Assembly (NCBI GenBank): GCA_964016885.1
Contig: OZ024746.1
Span: forward strand, 92,442,001-92,506,000
Direction: 5' to 3'
Source: Eledone cirrhosa
Taxonomy: Eukaryota
DNA: 64,000 nucleotides
The position numbers were made by a program, and so were the translations under genes. Under the pieces are notes generated by a model. It ran no database searches and was not told the origin of the DNA. It saw only the letters and a list, made by a program, of their open reading frames with translations. Shown piece by piece: positions 27,151-41,024 of this stretch (the stretch's first letter is position 1; every line of letters begins with the position of its first letter).

Positions 27151-27667
27151 TTCATATTTTTTCTATTATATGGCTGTCAATGTTTTTTCTCATTTTGTTT
27201 TCCATAACAAATATATTACCTGCTAAAAATACTTCTAGTTGAAAGATCTATACATTAATTATACATTAATTAATTAATAAATGTACTCTCTACATATGTA
27301 TAGAGTACATTTATTACTCTACATATGTATAGAGTCCTTTCTTTCAGTTTCTGTCATCTCAAAAAAATTTAATTTTTGGTAGATTATTAATAAACTATAC
27401 ATACAAATGTATCTCGAATATTGAGTTTGAAGCGTGAGTGTATTAGAATTCATAGAGTAATTGGAAGAATTCAGTGCAAGGAAGCTGTTAAAACAGCAAA
27501 ATGCCGTCAATAGTGACGTCAGGTAAAATTTACCTCAAAGGATAGAAATCAGTGGCTAGAAGTGTGCTGAGATGATATGGAATACTGGATCTACCAACTC
27601 ATAACATTATAACATTAAATCATAAATTTTTTAACACTACAAGTGAAGTCATTCTTTTCCTTTTTTT

Positions 27668-27715
<48 letters not shown>

Positions 27716-27716
27716 T

Positions 27717-27785
<69 letters not shown>

Positions 27786-28229
27786 TACATACACATATAG
27801 ACACATATGTACCCTTTAGAAGAATAAAAATAGAAATAATATGTACGTGCTATTTAATTATCACAGTTTTTATTTACGTTTATTGGAGAAAGGAATTAGG
27901 TTGGAGATAGTTTGTTCTTAGGAAAACTGAATTATAGACTGAGAGTTGATGGTGAAACCCAGTGAGAAGTAATGTGGGGTGTATGCAGATACCCAGGATT
28001 GGATTCTGTCAAGGTATATTATCTCGCTAAATAGTTAGTGGTTAGATACTTGGATTAGAACTAAGGAAGTGATAAACCAAGGCAAAGTAAGGTGTGGGTC
28101 CAACCGCTAAGTTAGTGTGGCTCTGGGATATTTTTAGATGCTAATCGAGACTAGAAGAGAGGAGAGAGAAGAGATAGGTGCAGTCAGTGGGCAGGGTTGG
28201 TGTCTCTGGGACTCAGTGCGGTAGGGTTG

Positions 28230-28565
28230 CTATCCATATAGCTTAAGGAAAGTTCCCATCCTTAGGTGTCGACATGCACCAAAGAAATCTGCCCTGTGAT
28301 TGATTATATTTATTCCACCACTAAGTATCTCAAGGGTCTCACTCAGACAGAGGCTGCAAATGCCAGAACCATCTCTGCCTGGAGGTACCTCCCTAACCTT
28401 GGACCAGATCAAAGAGTACAGGGTCTTGTCCAGCTTGAGCTTCCATATAAGTTTGGAAAGGGCCGTACTTTTGCACTTGTCAATCCTATTAAAGGAGTGG
28501 TGGTGATTGACGCAGCTCCTATGTATATATGTGTCGAGTTGGGGGTTGTAACCCTGCATATATAT
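28230..28565 (-). pseudogene. PLE GIY-YIG endonuclease fragment (same type as 49745 ORF) with internal deletion/frameshift
   Basis: IYICRVTTPNSTHIYIGAAS then HHHSFN...STALSKLIWKLK...WSKV...CSLCLSETLEI...NHRADFFGACRH aligns by eye with the C-terminus of ORF 49745. Confidence 0.85.
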
Positions 28566-29185
28566 TGTTATACTTTGAGAGGGCTATGCTGCCAATAAAA
28601 AACACATGCACTTGTTGGTTTTCACTTCAATTTATTACAAATTTCTGGTTGGTTGGTTCGATAACCGGATGGTTGTTTATATATTGTCAAAGCTCTTTCA
28701 TCACACATTCTGTCACCTCTTCAGTGACTGATTTCTTATTTTGTGTCTCTTTTGTTCTGTCCTACAACATCTTGTTATTGTGTGTTGTGTGTTTGGTTTG
28801 TGCATGTGTTACATCTCTGTGTGTGTGTGTATATATGTTTATTTATTTATGTATATGTTTATTTGTCACTAGTTGGTTGTTTGTTCTATATGTGTGTGTC
28901 TGGTTTATTTTGTTAGTTTGGTTTTTGTGTGTGTCTGTATGTCTTTATCTTGTCCTTAATTACTAGTTGTGATGTTGCTATTCCACTCATGTTTTCTGTT
29001 TAATTTTGGTTGGAGTTTGTTTGTATTTGTCGCCTCTGTAATTTGTCTGAGAATTGCGTCTTTTCTGTGTGTGGATATAATATTTATCTCTATGTTCTCT
29101 AATGTGTCCCTATGTTCTATTTTGGAATGTTGTGGGAGTACTGATGAGTATTTCTCATCCTGGAGTTCTCACAGTGTTCATATAT
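28562..29185 (-). mobile_element. 3' part of a second PLE type: GIY-YIG C-terminus (28956-29182), 3' UTR and HHR (28686-28728)
   Basis: Hand translation EH*ELQDEKYSSVLPQHSKIEH...DAILRQITEATN...PKLNRKHEW resembles a GIY-YIG C-terminus (H...H, catalytic E, LN); HHR gtca-CTGAAGA...GAAA-gagc-TT-tgac. Confidence 0.7.
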
Positions 29186-30514
29186 GTTTGTGTGTGAGTG
29201 TGTGTGTGGGCGGGGGTCACTGAGACTAGAAGTGTGCAGTTGTTAATTGCTGCATATGTAAAGAACTACATAAAAATTTGCTATACATTAAGCCATTGAA
29301 GTACCATGGCAGTGCTGGGTACCTCTGCTAATATATACATGAGTGTGTGTGTATATATAAATATGTGTATATATCTGTCTGTGTATGTGTGTGTATATAT
29401 CTAACTATATATACACATACAGATGCTAGTGTATGCATGTGTGTGTGTATATATAAATATGTGTATATATCTATCTGTCTGTGTGTGTGTGTCTATGTCT
29501 GTGTGTGTGTGTATATCAAACTAAATACACAATCCTATATGAACGAGACACACTCACCCGATCAATCTTGCCTCAAGTGGGACAATTTTCGTCTAACCCA
29601 TGCTAGCGTGGAAGATAGACGTTAAACGTTGATGATGATGATGATGATATACACACAGATGCTAGTGTATGCATATGCATGTGTTTGTGTATATATCTGT
29701 CCATGTGTGTGTATATCTAACTAAATACACACACAGATAATGTATGTATGTCATAAAAAATAACACCAGTTTTATCTAGTGTATGAAATAGTAGTCATTT
29801 AAAATGAGAGGTGAACCACCGATGAATTTCTTTCTTAAATACTTCAAACTTTGCATTTAATAATAAAATATTTACATTTATTACACCTTGATTTCTGTGA
29901 AAATGTCACGGCCGTCAATATGTAAATGTTACAATCCATTCCATCCACATGACAGAACTTAATGGTATATAATGTCATAGACACTTGTGCTGTCAAAAAT
30001 TCAATGTTCTTAGTTTTCACTAGTCCACTTAGTAGTTTAACTTTTTAGTACCAACCCACCTAAAACCACCAAAACTGCTAATTTTTAAAGGTTTATACTT
30101 ATATTAAAACTGCTACATACCCTAATTTGTATATATAGACTGAACATATATTTTTTTCAATTCATTAAGAATTAGAACAAAGCTACTCGAGGCATAACTC
30201 TCAATGTATTGTTTGAGATATATTCAATACATCATTTAATGTACAAATCATTGATATATTTACAATTTATATAAAGATATTTCCATTTGTTTCATTCCAT
30301 AGAAAAATGTTTCCTATTATAGCAATCTCTGAAAACGAGAGTAAAATTTTACCTGCCTAAATCCTCACCTTTCTCTTATTTTCTATAATATATGTTCTTG
30401 TAGCAATGCTTATAATATAAGTATTGCTACAAGAACATATATTATAGAAATATATAAGTTATATACAAACTAAGGTATGTAGCAACATGAAAGACAGTAT
30501 AAGTAGATTTTGTG

Positions 30515-30564
<50 letters not shown>

Positions 30565-30590
30565 TATAATATCACAAAATCTACTTATAT

Positions 30591-31119
30591 ATCATCATCA
30601 TCATCATCATCATTTTACGTCTGCTCTTCCCTGTTCACAAGGGTGGGACGGGTCTTATTCAGCATCTCTCAACTCGTCATGGTCCTTCGTCATCTCCACC
30701 AGATGACAGATCGGGGTACCCTATCAAAGGCCTTCTCTAGGTCAACAAAGGCTAAGTATAGTGGCTTATTTTTCTCTAAGAACCTCTCTTGCAATTGTCT
30801 CACCAAGAAGAGGGCATCTGTTGTACTCTTCCCAGACACAAAACCAAACTGCATCTCATCTAGTTTGACCCTTTCTCTAATTAGTTGTGCTAATATCCTT
30901 TCTGCCACTTTCATAACCTGATCCATCAGTTTTATACCCCTATAATTGCTCCTCTCCAGAGCATCCCCTTTACCTTTGTAACAATTTATGAGAATACTGC
31001 TGCACCAGTTTTGGGGTATGACACCACCATATATAGCCTGATTGATGATGCGTGTAACCAGTTTAGTGCCTACGTCCCCTGATGCCTTCAGCACCTCAGC
31101 AACTATTCCCGATGGTCCA

Positions 31120-31121
<2 letters not shown>
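30591..31121 (-). mobile_element. Internally deleted RTE (RT motifs 0-3 joined to a 3' tail)
   Basis: ORF 30690..31094 YKGKGDALERSNYRGIKL...QFGF...AFVDLEKAFDRVPR, then a (GAT)n tail. Confidence 0.9.
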
Positions 31122-31160
<39 letters not shown>

Positions 31161-31169
31161 GTGTGTGTG

Positions 31170-31356
31170 TATCCCAGGTTCAATCGAGGGTAACCACAGT
31201 AAGTAAGGTACTCAATACATAGTAGAGTATATAAAATATTTAATATAGAAATGGCTTCTACAGGACTAGAACTGTTTCATTCGAAGGAAATCATCAGGAA
31301 AGCCCTTTGAATGAAGCAGTTCTAGTCCTGTAGAAGCCATTTCTATACTAAATATT
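31170..31356 (-). mobile_element. Fold-back PLE-end element with hammerhead (31253..31304) and terminal hairpin (31210..31228)
   Basis: Reverse strand ggctttc-CTGATGA-tttccttcgaat-GAAA-cag ttctagtc ctg-TA-gaagcc. Confidence 0.75.
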
Positions 31357-31705
31357 ATATATCTATATCCAAAATTAAGATAAATCAAAATGAATTTAAT
31401 CTAAATCAAAATTATGGGTGTCATGCCAGAATGGCATGCGCCATATCACCTGCAAAATAATTATATTAAATATTATATATGTATTTATCATCATTATTGT
31501 TTAACATCCACTTTCCCCGCTAGCATAGGTTAGACGGGTTGTCCCATTTGAGGCAATTCAGGTCAGGTGATCATGTCTTGCTCACACAGATCTGTTTCTA
31601 ACTGGTTTTCTATGGCTGGATGCCCTTCCTAATGCCAACCACATTTACAGTGTGGGCTAGGTGCTTTTTGTCATGACACCTACATGACAACTGCAGACTC
31701 TCTCT

Positions 31706-31799
<94 letters not shown>

Positions 31800-32169
31800 G
31801 TAGGAAAATGCAAAAACTCGGCATAAAGAAGCTGTTAAAACAGCAAAATGCTGTCAAAATGGCATTGGATAAAACATTACCTCGAAGGATAGAAATCACT
31901 GGCTCAAAGTGAGTTGGCTCAAAAAATTGATAGGAAGGAAGAAATAAAATGGATGATAGATCACAAGCATTTAAATGCACTCATCAACTTTCAGACCACC
32001 TGCAGTTTCAACGATTTGACTGAAAGGACTGTGAAGAATAGGTGGCTTGTAACGACAGAGAAATAAATATCTCCATTGGTATTATGTTTGTGTTGGGACA
32101 GGCCAGAGAGAGAGAAATGAAGAGCGTCCTTTCAGCCTCAAGTCCCTGGGGAAGAATGCACCGCCTCAC

Positions 32170-34120
32170 ACAAGTTAGTTATTAGCAACATCAAAATAAA
32201 TACAAGACAGAACAAGATATGCAGAAAAATATGGAGACAGAAGATCTGGAAGCTAAAGGACCTTTCAGTTGAATATAGGTTTAGAAGGCCCTACAGGATG
32301 CAGTAGATGAGAGGGGTGATGAACTAGGTACATATAACATAGAGGACAACTGTAAATTTCTACGTGACATCATTTTGCAAACTACTGACAAGACTTGTGG
32401 CTGGAGTAAAGCACCAGCCAGACAGAGGGTAACCTGGTAGTGGAACAGCACAGGGGATAGAACCATTAAAGCCTAGAGACAGGTTTGGAAAGACTGGAAA
32501 AAATGGGGGTGGAAAGCTAGGAGAGAGGCTGAAAAAAGAAAGTTTGCCAGTGTCCTGAGATGTGAAGTGTTCTGTATTACAAGACAGTGTGTCAGTGTAA
32601 ATTGAGATGTTGTTGGGGGAAAAGTGTGTTAAAAATAACACTGTGCACATAACACCACTGATACTAAAAAAAAAGAGGCCTGGAAATGTTACTATGAGAG
32701 ATTGACGAATGTAGAGAATAAATGAGAGGAAGAGAAACTACCCCCAACCCACCCAACAGATGGACCAGCTATGGAAGTTGAGGGTTATAAGTTCAAAGAA
32801 ATGAAGAATGGTAAAGCTGCAGGACTTTCAGAGATAGTTGCTGAGATGCTAAAAGCATCTGGAGAAGTAACCTGCATTGTCAATCAGGTAATACAGGATG
32901 GTGTCATACCCAATACCTGGTACAGCAGTACAAACTAGTAACCCTACATAGTCAATCAAGTAATACAGGATGGTGTCATACCCAATACCTGGTACAGCAG
33001 TACAAACTAGTAACCCTACATGGTCAGTCAAGTAATACAGGACGGTGTCATACCCAATACCTGGTACAGCAGTACAAACTAGTAACCCTACATAGTCAAT
33101 CAAGTAATACAGGATGGTGTCATACCCAATACCTGGTACAGCAGTACAAACTAGTAACCCTACATAGTCAATCAAGTAATACAGGACGGTGTCATACCCA
33201 ATAACTGGCACAGCTGTACAATCATAAATTGCCACAAGGGCAAAGGTGATGCTCTAGAAAGGAGCAGCTATAGAGGAATAATGGACCAAGTTATGAAAGT
33301 GACAGAAAGAGTTATAGCGCAACTAATTGGAGTAAGAATCAGATTAGACAAGATGCAGTTTGGTTTCATGCCTGGGAATAGTACTACAGACGCCCTCTTC
33401 TTAGTGAGGCAACTACAAGAGAAGTTCTTTACCAAAAATACACTACACCTAGTTTTCGTTGACCTAGAAAAAGTGTTTGACAGAGTACCCCAATCTGTTA
33501 TCTAGTGGCCCTTAAGGAAATTAGGTGTAGAAAAATGGTCGGTGAGAGCAGTGCAAGCTATATAGACAGGCGTCATCTGTAAAGTGAGAGTAAGAAAGGA
33601 GTTTAGCAAGGAATTCAAGGTAGAAGTAGTTCATCAAAGTTCAGTTCTTAGCCCACTGCTGTTCATCATAGTTCTCCAGGCCATAACAGAGGTGTTTAAG
33701 ACTAGCTGCCTATGGGAACTTCTCTATGCAGATGATCTGGTCCTTATAGCCAAATCCATTAAAAACCTAGAAAATAAGTTCCAACTATGGAAATAGAATT
33801 TAGAATCAAAAGGCCTAAAAGTAAACTTAGCCTAAACTAAAGTACTAGTGAGTAGGAGAGAAGACAGGACCCTGATTCCTTCAGGGAAGTGGCCTTGCTC
33901 AATATGCAGAAAAGGAGTAGGCATAAATGCCACATGGTGTACACAATGTACATCTTGGGTACACGAGATGTAGTGGAATAACCGGTAGACTAACAGGAAG
34001 GGAAGACTTTGTAGAAGATGTACAGGAGAAATCAAAGGGAAGAGTGACAATGATATAAACCTCTTCAAGTCACAGGAAGGGTCTATAGAAGTGGTTGATA
34101 GCTTCTGCTATCTAGGTGAC
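32170..34120 (+). mobile_element. Degenerate RTE (linker-RT-PHD region)
   Basis: ORF pieces MDQVMKVTERVIAQLI...DLEKVFDRVP, WELLYADDL, PSGKWPCSICRKG; many stops. Confidence 0.9.
32878..33215. repeat. 72-bp tandem duplication of RTE coding sequence, ~4.7 copies
   Basis: caatcaagtaatacaggatggtgtcatacccaatacctgg... repeated; homologous to 61425-61470. Confidence 0.9.
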
Positions 34121-34949
34121 TATCTTCACTTCTGTTTAGGGAGTTGGAGTAGAAAGATAGGGAACTGTCTATCAGCACATTAGGGACTTCTGAAAACCAA
34201 ATTGATTTTACTTTTTACTTTCATATCCTCTGAGCCTGTAAAATACGCTGATGTGAATATTTGTGGTTGGGGTTAGCAAGGACATTCAGCCATAGAATAC
34301 CAAGATCAAAACGAAATGTATGAGCAAGACATGGTCATCTGTTCTGATTTGTCTATCTAACCGATGCAAGCATGAAAAATACACATTAAACAGTGGTGGT
34401 GGTGGTGGTGGTGATGAAAGCATAAATGAATGAAATGTTCCTTCCTAAATCCTTAACTTCCACAATATAAACCAATATTTAGTTGTGATTTATGTACTGT
34501 GTTTACATGTTAAGATCACATTAAAGCTTTATTTATAGCAATATAACAACATAGATTATCGATATCTTTATCTGCACAAAAGGTTTAATTAAAATACAAT
34601 ATAATATAGAATAAAGGTGAACGGAATTTCAATTGAATGTAATTTTTATTTTATTTCTTTTGTTCGTCTCATGGAATGTTTCATGAAAATATAAAATACT
34701 TCCATTATATTTTATGGAAATGGAACCTGCAGTATTTTAATCTATGATAAAAGTGAAAGGGTTTTATTTTTGATGACAAAATCTATTTCTAATCTTCCAA
34801 GAATATTTTGATCCAATTAGGCTTCTTTTACCTCCTCCTCCTCTCTATTTTCTTTTCGTTTTTCTTATTTCTTCTTTTTTCCTGTTTTATTTATTTTTAT
34901 TTTCACTTGTTCTCTCAACAGTAGTTTCATCACAGCAATTAGTTTCAAT

Positions 34950-35716
34950 TAGTTGCATTTGGGGAGGAAAAACCCAGAATCCACATACTCCCTCCACAAC
35001 ACTAATATCAAGAAGTTTTCTTGTGAACGTGACCTGGGTATTACTGTCAGCAGCAATTTGCATTGGACAAAGCACATCTCTAAACTTGTCAAGAAGGCCA
35101 AGAGTGTCTTAACATCACTCAGCAAGACCTTTGTCAGCCACCCTCTAGCTATCTATTTAAAGCTGTATATAGTTATGGTGCAGTCTGAAATCCCTATTTT
35201 GCTCAGAACATTGACCTAGAAACTGTTCAGTTCAACCAAGCGAATACCCTTCTTCAGGCATCTACTATACTCTGAGCATGGATACAGTGAAACTCCGACA
35301 TCTGGCAACTGACTTGATAAACACCCACAAAATTATTAACCATCTTGCCAACAACAACCCTGAGTACCTTTTTGAATTCCATGTGTCTAACACCCGTGGA
35401 CATGCCTTCAAAGTCAGGAAACAGCACAGCTCCCATGACTTTCGGATACATTTTTTCACGCTCAGAGTTGCTGAAGCATGGAACAAACTACCTGCATCAG
35501 TTGTTAACTGTCGAGACACTGCATCCTTTAAAACCTCCATTCTTCCTGAAATTCGCCAAGACTACACCTGATATTCCCCCTCCATACACACGCACACATG
35601 TATATCATGACTCATACACTGTTCACTTTCCTGACATTTGTACATTATTCTATGCACCTTTGATGAGTTGTAGTGCACCTGAGCCTTGTACACAATAATT
35701 TCATTATTATTATTAT
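34950..35716 (+). mobile_element. 5'-truncated CR1-type LINE
   Basis: HLGRKNP...ERDLGITVSSNLHWTKHI...TRGHAFKV...FFTLRVAEAWNKLP; (ATT)n tail. Confidence 0.85.
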
Positions 35717-35771
35717 CTCTCACTAAGTTCTAATCCCATTGGTGTTGAGAAAGGGGCCCAAACTAAAATAC

Positions 35772-35834
35772 AAGTCTTGTCTGATGATCCTGTGTGCACA
35801 GGTAAACAGGTGAAACTCCAGAATAACAACACTT
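35772..35834 (+). ncRNA. Type I hammerhead motif followed by terminal hairpin (35864..35883)
   Basis: aagtcttgt-CTGATGA-t cctgt...acagg t-GAAA-ctccagaa-TA-acaacactt; one mismatch at the base of stem III. Confidence 0.65.
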
Positions 35835-35912
35835 ATCACATAGCCATAATAAAAAAATGTTAAACTCTACTTCAGTATTGAGTACTCATTCTCATGTCCA
35901 TCAATATCACAG

Positions 35913-35957
<45 letters not shown>

Positions 35958-36177
35958 AGGAAATGTTTGGAAAAGTAATCAATTTGAACTCAACAAAATT
36001 GGACCTATTGAGTATACTTCACTTTGTTTCTAATTTTACTTGCAAATATTATCATCATCATCATCAACATCGTTCTCATCATCACCACCTCCACAACCAC
36101 TTCACCATCATCATCATCATAATATATCTGCTCTCCATGTTGGCGTCAATTGTCACCATCTGAGTGAGTTAATATTT

Positions 36178-38477
36178 GAAGTTACTGTCCTCCTAGACAG
36201 GTTATAGGACCACATCTCAGTTACTGCCCTCCTAGACAGGTTATAGGACCACATCTCAGTTACTGCCCTCCTAGACAGGTTATAGGACCACATCTCAGTT
36301 ACTGTCCTCCTAGCCAGGTTATAGGACCACATCTCAGTTACTGCCGTCCTAGACAGGTTATAGGACCACATCTCAGTTACTGCCCTCCTAGACAGGTTAT
36401 AGGACCACATCTCAGTTACTGCCCTCCTAGACAGGTTATAGGACCACATCTCAGTTACTGCCCTCCTAGACAGGTTATAGGACCACATCTCAGTTACTGC
36501 CCTCCTAGACAGGTTATAGGACCACATCTCAGTTACTGTCCTCCTAGCCAGGTTATAGGACCACATCTCAGTTACTGCCCTCCTAGACAGGTTATAGGAC
36601 CACATCTCAGTTACTGTCCTCCTAGCCAGGTTATAGGACCACATCTCAGTTACTGCCCTCCTAGACAGGTTATAGGACCACATCTCAGTTACTGTCCTCC
36701 TAGACAGGTTATAGGACCACATCTCAGTTACTGTCCTCCTAGCCAGGTTATAGGACCACATCTCAGTTACTGCCCTCCTAGACAGGTTATAGGACCACAT
36801 CTCAGTTACTGCCCTCCTAGACAGGTTATAGGACCACATCTCAGTTACTGCCCTCCTAGCCAGGTTATAGGACCACATCTCAGTTACTGCCCTCCTAGAC
36901 AGGTTATAGGACCACATCTCAGTTACTGCCCTCCTAGACAGGTTATAGGACCACATCTCAGTTACTGTCCTCCTAGCCAGGTTATAGGACCACATCTCAG
37001 TTACTGCCCTCCTAGACAGGTTATAGGACCACATCTCAGTTATTGCCCTCCTAGACAGGTTATAGGACCACATCTCAGTTACTGCCCTCCTAGACAGGTT
37101 ATAGGACCACATCTCAGTTACTGCCCTCCTAGCCAGGTTATAGGACCACATCTCAGTTACTGCCCTCCTAGACAGGTTATAGGACCACATCTCAGTTACT
37201 GCCCTCCTAGACAGGTTATAGGACCACATCTCAGTTACTGTCCTCCTAGCCAGGTTATAGGACCACATCTCAGTTACTGCCCTCCTAGCCAGGTTATAGG
37301 ACCACATCTCAGTTACTGCCCTCCTAGACAGGTTATAGGACCACATCTCAGTTACTGCCCTCCTAGCCAGGTTATAGGACCACATCTCAGTTACTGCCCT
37401 CCTAGCCAGGTTATAGGACCACATCTCAGTTACTGTCCTCCTAGCCAGGTTATAGGACCACATCTCAGTTACTGCCCTCCTAGACAGGTTATAGGACCAC
37501 ATCTCAGTTACTGCCCTCCTAGACAGGTTATAGGACCACATCTCAGTTACTGCCCTCCTAGACTGGTTATAGGACCACATCTCAGTTACTGCCCTCCTAG
37601 CCAGGTTATAGGACCACATCTCAGTTACTGCCCTCCTAGACAGGTTATAGGACCACATCTCAGTTACTGTCCTCCTAGCCAGGTTATAGGACCACATCTC
37701 AGTTACTGCCCTCCTAGACAGGTTATAGGACCACATCTCAGTTACTGCCCTCCTAGACAGGTTATAGGACCACATCTCAGTTACTGTCCTCCTAGACAGG
37801 TTATAGGACCACATCTCAGTTACTGTCCTCCTAGACAGGTTATAGGACCACATCTCAGTTACTGTCCTCCTAGCCAGGTTATAGGACCACATCTCAGTTA
37901 CTGTCCTCCTAGCCAGGTTATAGGACCACATCTCAGTTACTGCCCTCCTAGCCAGGTTATAGGACCACATCTCAGTTACTGCCCTCCTAGACAGGTTATA
38001 GGACCACATCTCAGTTACTGTCCTCCTAGCCAGGTTATAGGACCACATCTCAGTTACTGCCCTCCTAGCCAGGTTATAGGACCACATCTCAGTTACTGCC
38101 CTCCTAGCCAGGTTATAGGACCACATCTCAGTTACTGCCCTCCTAGCCAGGTTATAGGACCACATCTCAGTTACTGCCCTCCTAGCCAGGTTATAGGACC
38201 ACATCTCAGTTACTGCCCTCCTAGACAGGTTATAGGACCACATCTCAGTTACTGCCCTCCTAGACAGGTTATAGGACCACATCTCAGTTACTGTCCTCCT
38301 AGCCAGGTTATAGGACGACATCTCAGTTACTGCCCTCCTAGACAGGTTATAGGACCACATCTCAGTTACTGTCCTCCTAGCCAGGTTATAGGACCACATC
38401 TCAGTTACTGTCCTCCTAGACAGGTTATAGGACCACATCTCAGTTACTGCCCTCCTAGCCAGGTTATAGGACCACAT
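36178..38477. repeat. 39-bp minisatellite (gttataggaccacatctcagttactgYcctcctagMcag), ~59 copies
   Basis: Very homogeneous array; 13-aa periodic ORF on the minus strand. Confidence 0.97.
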
Positions 38478-39549
38478 CCCACTCATTTCATTGTGTCTTA
38501 TACATGGGCAATGAAATGAAGGTAATGTAGGTTTTGAGACTTTAGAGTCCACCCTGTAGAGTGGGAGTACTGGTGTTAAACTACCCAGTACGCCCTATAA
38601 AGGTATCAAGAGGGGTATCCAACTATAGAAACCATGTGAAATATTGAACTTAACAAGCAACATGGGCTCCTCCAACCCACCTGAACTCAGGCCAAGACAA
38701 TTTGTCTGACCCATGCTAGTATGGACAGTGGACATAAACATGGTGATGATGTGTATTTGAAAATATAGATTCATTATTAATTTCTTCGATTTAATTGTTT
38801 TGTTTTGTCAAAATAATTCTTTGTTAATCTATTGTCGTTTTTATTCTTATGATCCTTCCTCAATCTGACCTGTATTCTATGGTAAGAATGTGTGAAAAAG
38901 GGAGAGAGAGGGTGAGAGAAAGAAAGAGGGAGTGAGAGGGCGAGAGAAAGAAAGAGGGAGAGAAATTATTTTTACAAAAAATATTGTTTATACTCCTTTT
39001 TATAGAAGTAAAATATTCCATTTTGGTATTTTTAGTCATTTGGTAAATTATCCAGTTTATTTTTGTTATTTTGTATATGTGTAAATATTCTGTAAATATT
39101 ATTTGTATGGATATATATGTATATAATGAGTAATTTAGAAGAATACAGTGCTTCAGGCATAGAAGTCATTGTTATCATTTCGGCCTTGCTTCCTGGAGAA
39201 CTGCTTAATGATAACAGAAAGAGAATATTGTTAAAGAACTAATCCAATGTTCTGAGGAAAGTGAGACCTGAATAGAACATTTTAGCATAACAATAACAAA
39301 GAAACCTAAGAATTCCAACAATTTAACAAAAAAATAGTTGAAATACTTACATTTCATATCTGGACCATATATATAAATTCATATATATATGTAGGTACCA
39401 AGGCCTTTTGCCCATATATGTTTGTGAGTATTGATTTATTATTTTTTAGATCGACACAGGCAGACTATATGTATTTGAATTAAGATATTTCATTCTAGCT
39501 ATTTTATTGTCAATTGCAACAAAAACATGTAAATGTTTATCATATATTA

Positions 39550-39590
<41 letters not shown>

Positions 39591-39593
<3 letters not shown>

Positions 39594-39940
39594 TCATCAT
39601 TTCATTTTACGTCTGCTTTTCCCTGCTTGCAGGGTGGGACAGGAACTGATTCTGGCTTGATTTCTACAGCTGGATGCCCTTCCTAACACCAACCTCATTT
39701 ACAGTGAGTGCTGGGTCCTTTTTTTCTGTGGTGCCTACACGTCCACTTTACAGTGTGGGCTGAGTGTTTTTTTTGCCGTGGGACCTCCACGACCACTTTG
39801 CAGTGGAATGATAGGGACCCCAGTCCCTATCATCTCATTTATACAGCTGAGTGAACTGGAGCAATGTGAAATAAAGTGTCTTGCTCAAGGAAACAACACA
39901 TCACCCAGTCTGAGAAATGAATTCACAACCTTTCGATTGC
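39591..39940 (-). mobile_element. SINE family A (head truncated)
   Basis: Matches 5312..5650. Confidence 0.85.
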
Positions 39941-40067
39941 CCCCACCATATATATATATATACATATAATGTAAATCAATACAGGCCGAAGCTTGGGCTG
40001 ATCAATAGTGAAACACGCATCACTACTCAATAAATGTAATGAAGATATAACAAATCAACCTTTTGTG

Positions 40068-40800
40068 GGTTAGCAGTATCGGTAGAGGGTCGGACGCCAT
40101 GCTTTGACGCAGAGTTACGGCCCTTGCCATTCTAAGTTCAAATCCCGCTGAGGTTAACTTCGCCTTTTATCCTTACGGGGTCGATAAAATAAAGTACCAG
40201 TAATACACTGGGTAATTGCTGGCCTTGTTTTCTCTCTTAACGTGGTGGATACTTAAGTGTATTCATGAGTGAATAATAATAATATTATAATAATTGTTTC
40301 TACTTTTGGCACAAGGCCAGCAATTACCCCAGTGTATTACTGGTACTTTATTTTATTGACCCCCGTAAGGATGAAAGGCAAAGCTAACTTCGGCAGGATT
40401 TAACTCAGAACGTAAAGGGCCATAACTCTATGCTGCAAAGCATGGTGTCTGTGAATACTGCTAATCCACCGCCCATTATTAATATTCAATAATTGTTTCT
40501 ACTGTTGGCACAAGGCCAGCAATTACCTCAGTGTATTACTGGTACTTTTTTTTTGATTCGTCAAAGTGAGGTTATTGAAAAGATAATTGTTTCTACTTTT
40601 GGCACAAGGCCAGCAATTACCCCAGTGTATTACTGGTGCTTTATTTTATCGACCCCGTAAGGATGAAAGGCAAAGTTAACCTCGGCGGGATTTGAACTCA
40701 GAATGGCAAGGGCCGTAACTCAATGTGTCAAAGCATAGCGTCCGACTCTCTACCGATACTGCCAATCCTATTATTTGTCACTCATGAATACACTATATAC

Positions 40801-40836
<36 letters not shown>

Positions 40837-40989
40837 TGTATGTGTGTGTATATATATGTCTGTGTATATCTATATATATATATTTTTTTCATTTTTACGT
40901 CCGCTTTTTCCCTGCTTGCAAGGGTGTATATGTAATTAACTTTCCCAATCCCCCAAAATTGCTGGCCTTGTGCCTAAATTAGAAACCAT

Positions 40990-41024
<35 letters not shown>

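Noticed and set aside
36153-38552. 799-aa repetitive ORF; also a superficial CRISPR-like look
   Set aside because: A 39-bp unit is a multiple of 3 without a stop, which explains the ORF. There are no unique spacers and no cas genes, and the context is eukaryotic.
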